This document shows, in pieces, positions 63,977-64,000 of a stretch of DNA of 64,000 nucleotides. The stretch covers positions 3,534,001 to 3,598,000 of the forward strand of contig JAYWIR010000008.1 in NCBI GenBank assembly GCA_036172245.1. The letters are read 5' to 3'. This DNA is from Raillietiella orientalis. Lineage: Eukaryota. Within the stretch, counting starts at the first letter, position 1, and the number at the start of each line of letters is the position of its first letter. A program made the translations under genes and the position numbers. Under the pieces are notes generated by a model. The model did not search any database, was not told where the DNA came from, and saw only the letters and a program-made list of their open reading frames with translations.

Positions 63977-64000
63977 CGTTGGCGTCATCAGCGGCAGCCT

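Overview
Eukaryotic DNA from an arthropod, probably not an insect (inferred from the Hr4 DNA-binding domain). It is not prokaryotic: no CRISPR, rRNA or intact tRNA was seen. Three spliced genes could be rebuilt by hand with consistent exon phases. Rogdi lies on + (2448-3724, 6 exons, 271 aa). BRAP/BRAP2 lies on - (3763-6149, 11 exons, 604 aa), and its stop codon is only 38 bp from the Rogdi stop. The ecdysone-cascade nuclear receptor Hr4/NR6A lies on - (13340-19544, 12 exons, 940 aa from the ATG at 19539). The remaining ~44 kb is GC/CpG-rich low-complexity DNA, best read as Hr4 5' introns and upstream region. It holds two candidate alternative first exons (29237-29261 and 49523-49718), a 29-bp minisatellite and a decayed A-rich satellite. 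Most ORFs in the supplied track look like GC-rich noise. The most notable features are: a U6 snRNA-like element on - (458 to ~352) with an intact 5' half but a replaced catalytic 3' half; eleven ultra-short introns (33-48 nt), several without a polypyrimidine tract; a perfect palindrome with 33-bp arms; and a tandemly duplicated splice donor. All homology calls come from remembered family motifs, not database searches.
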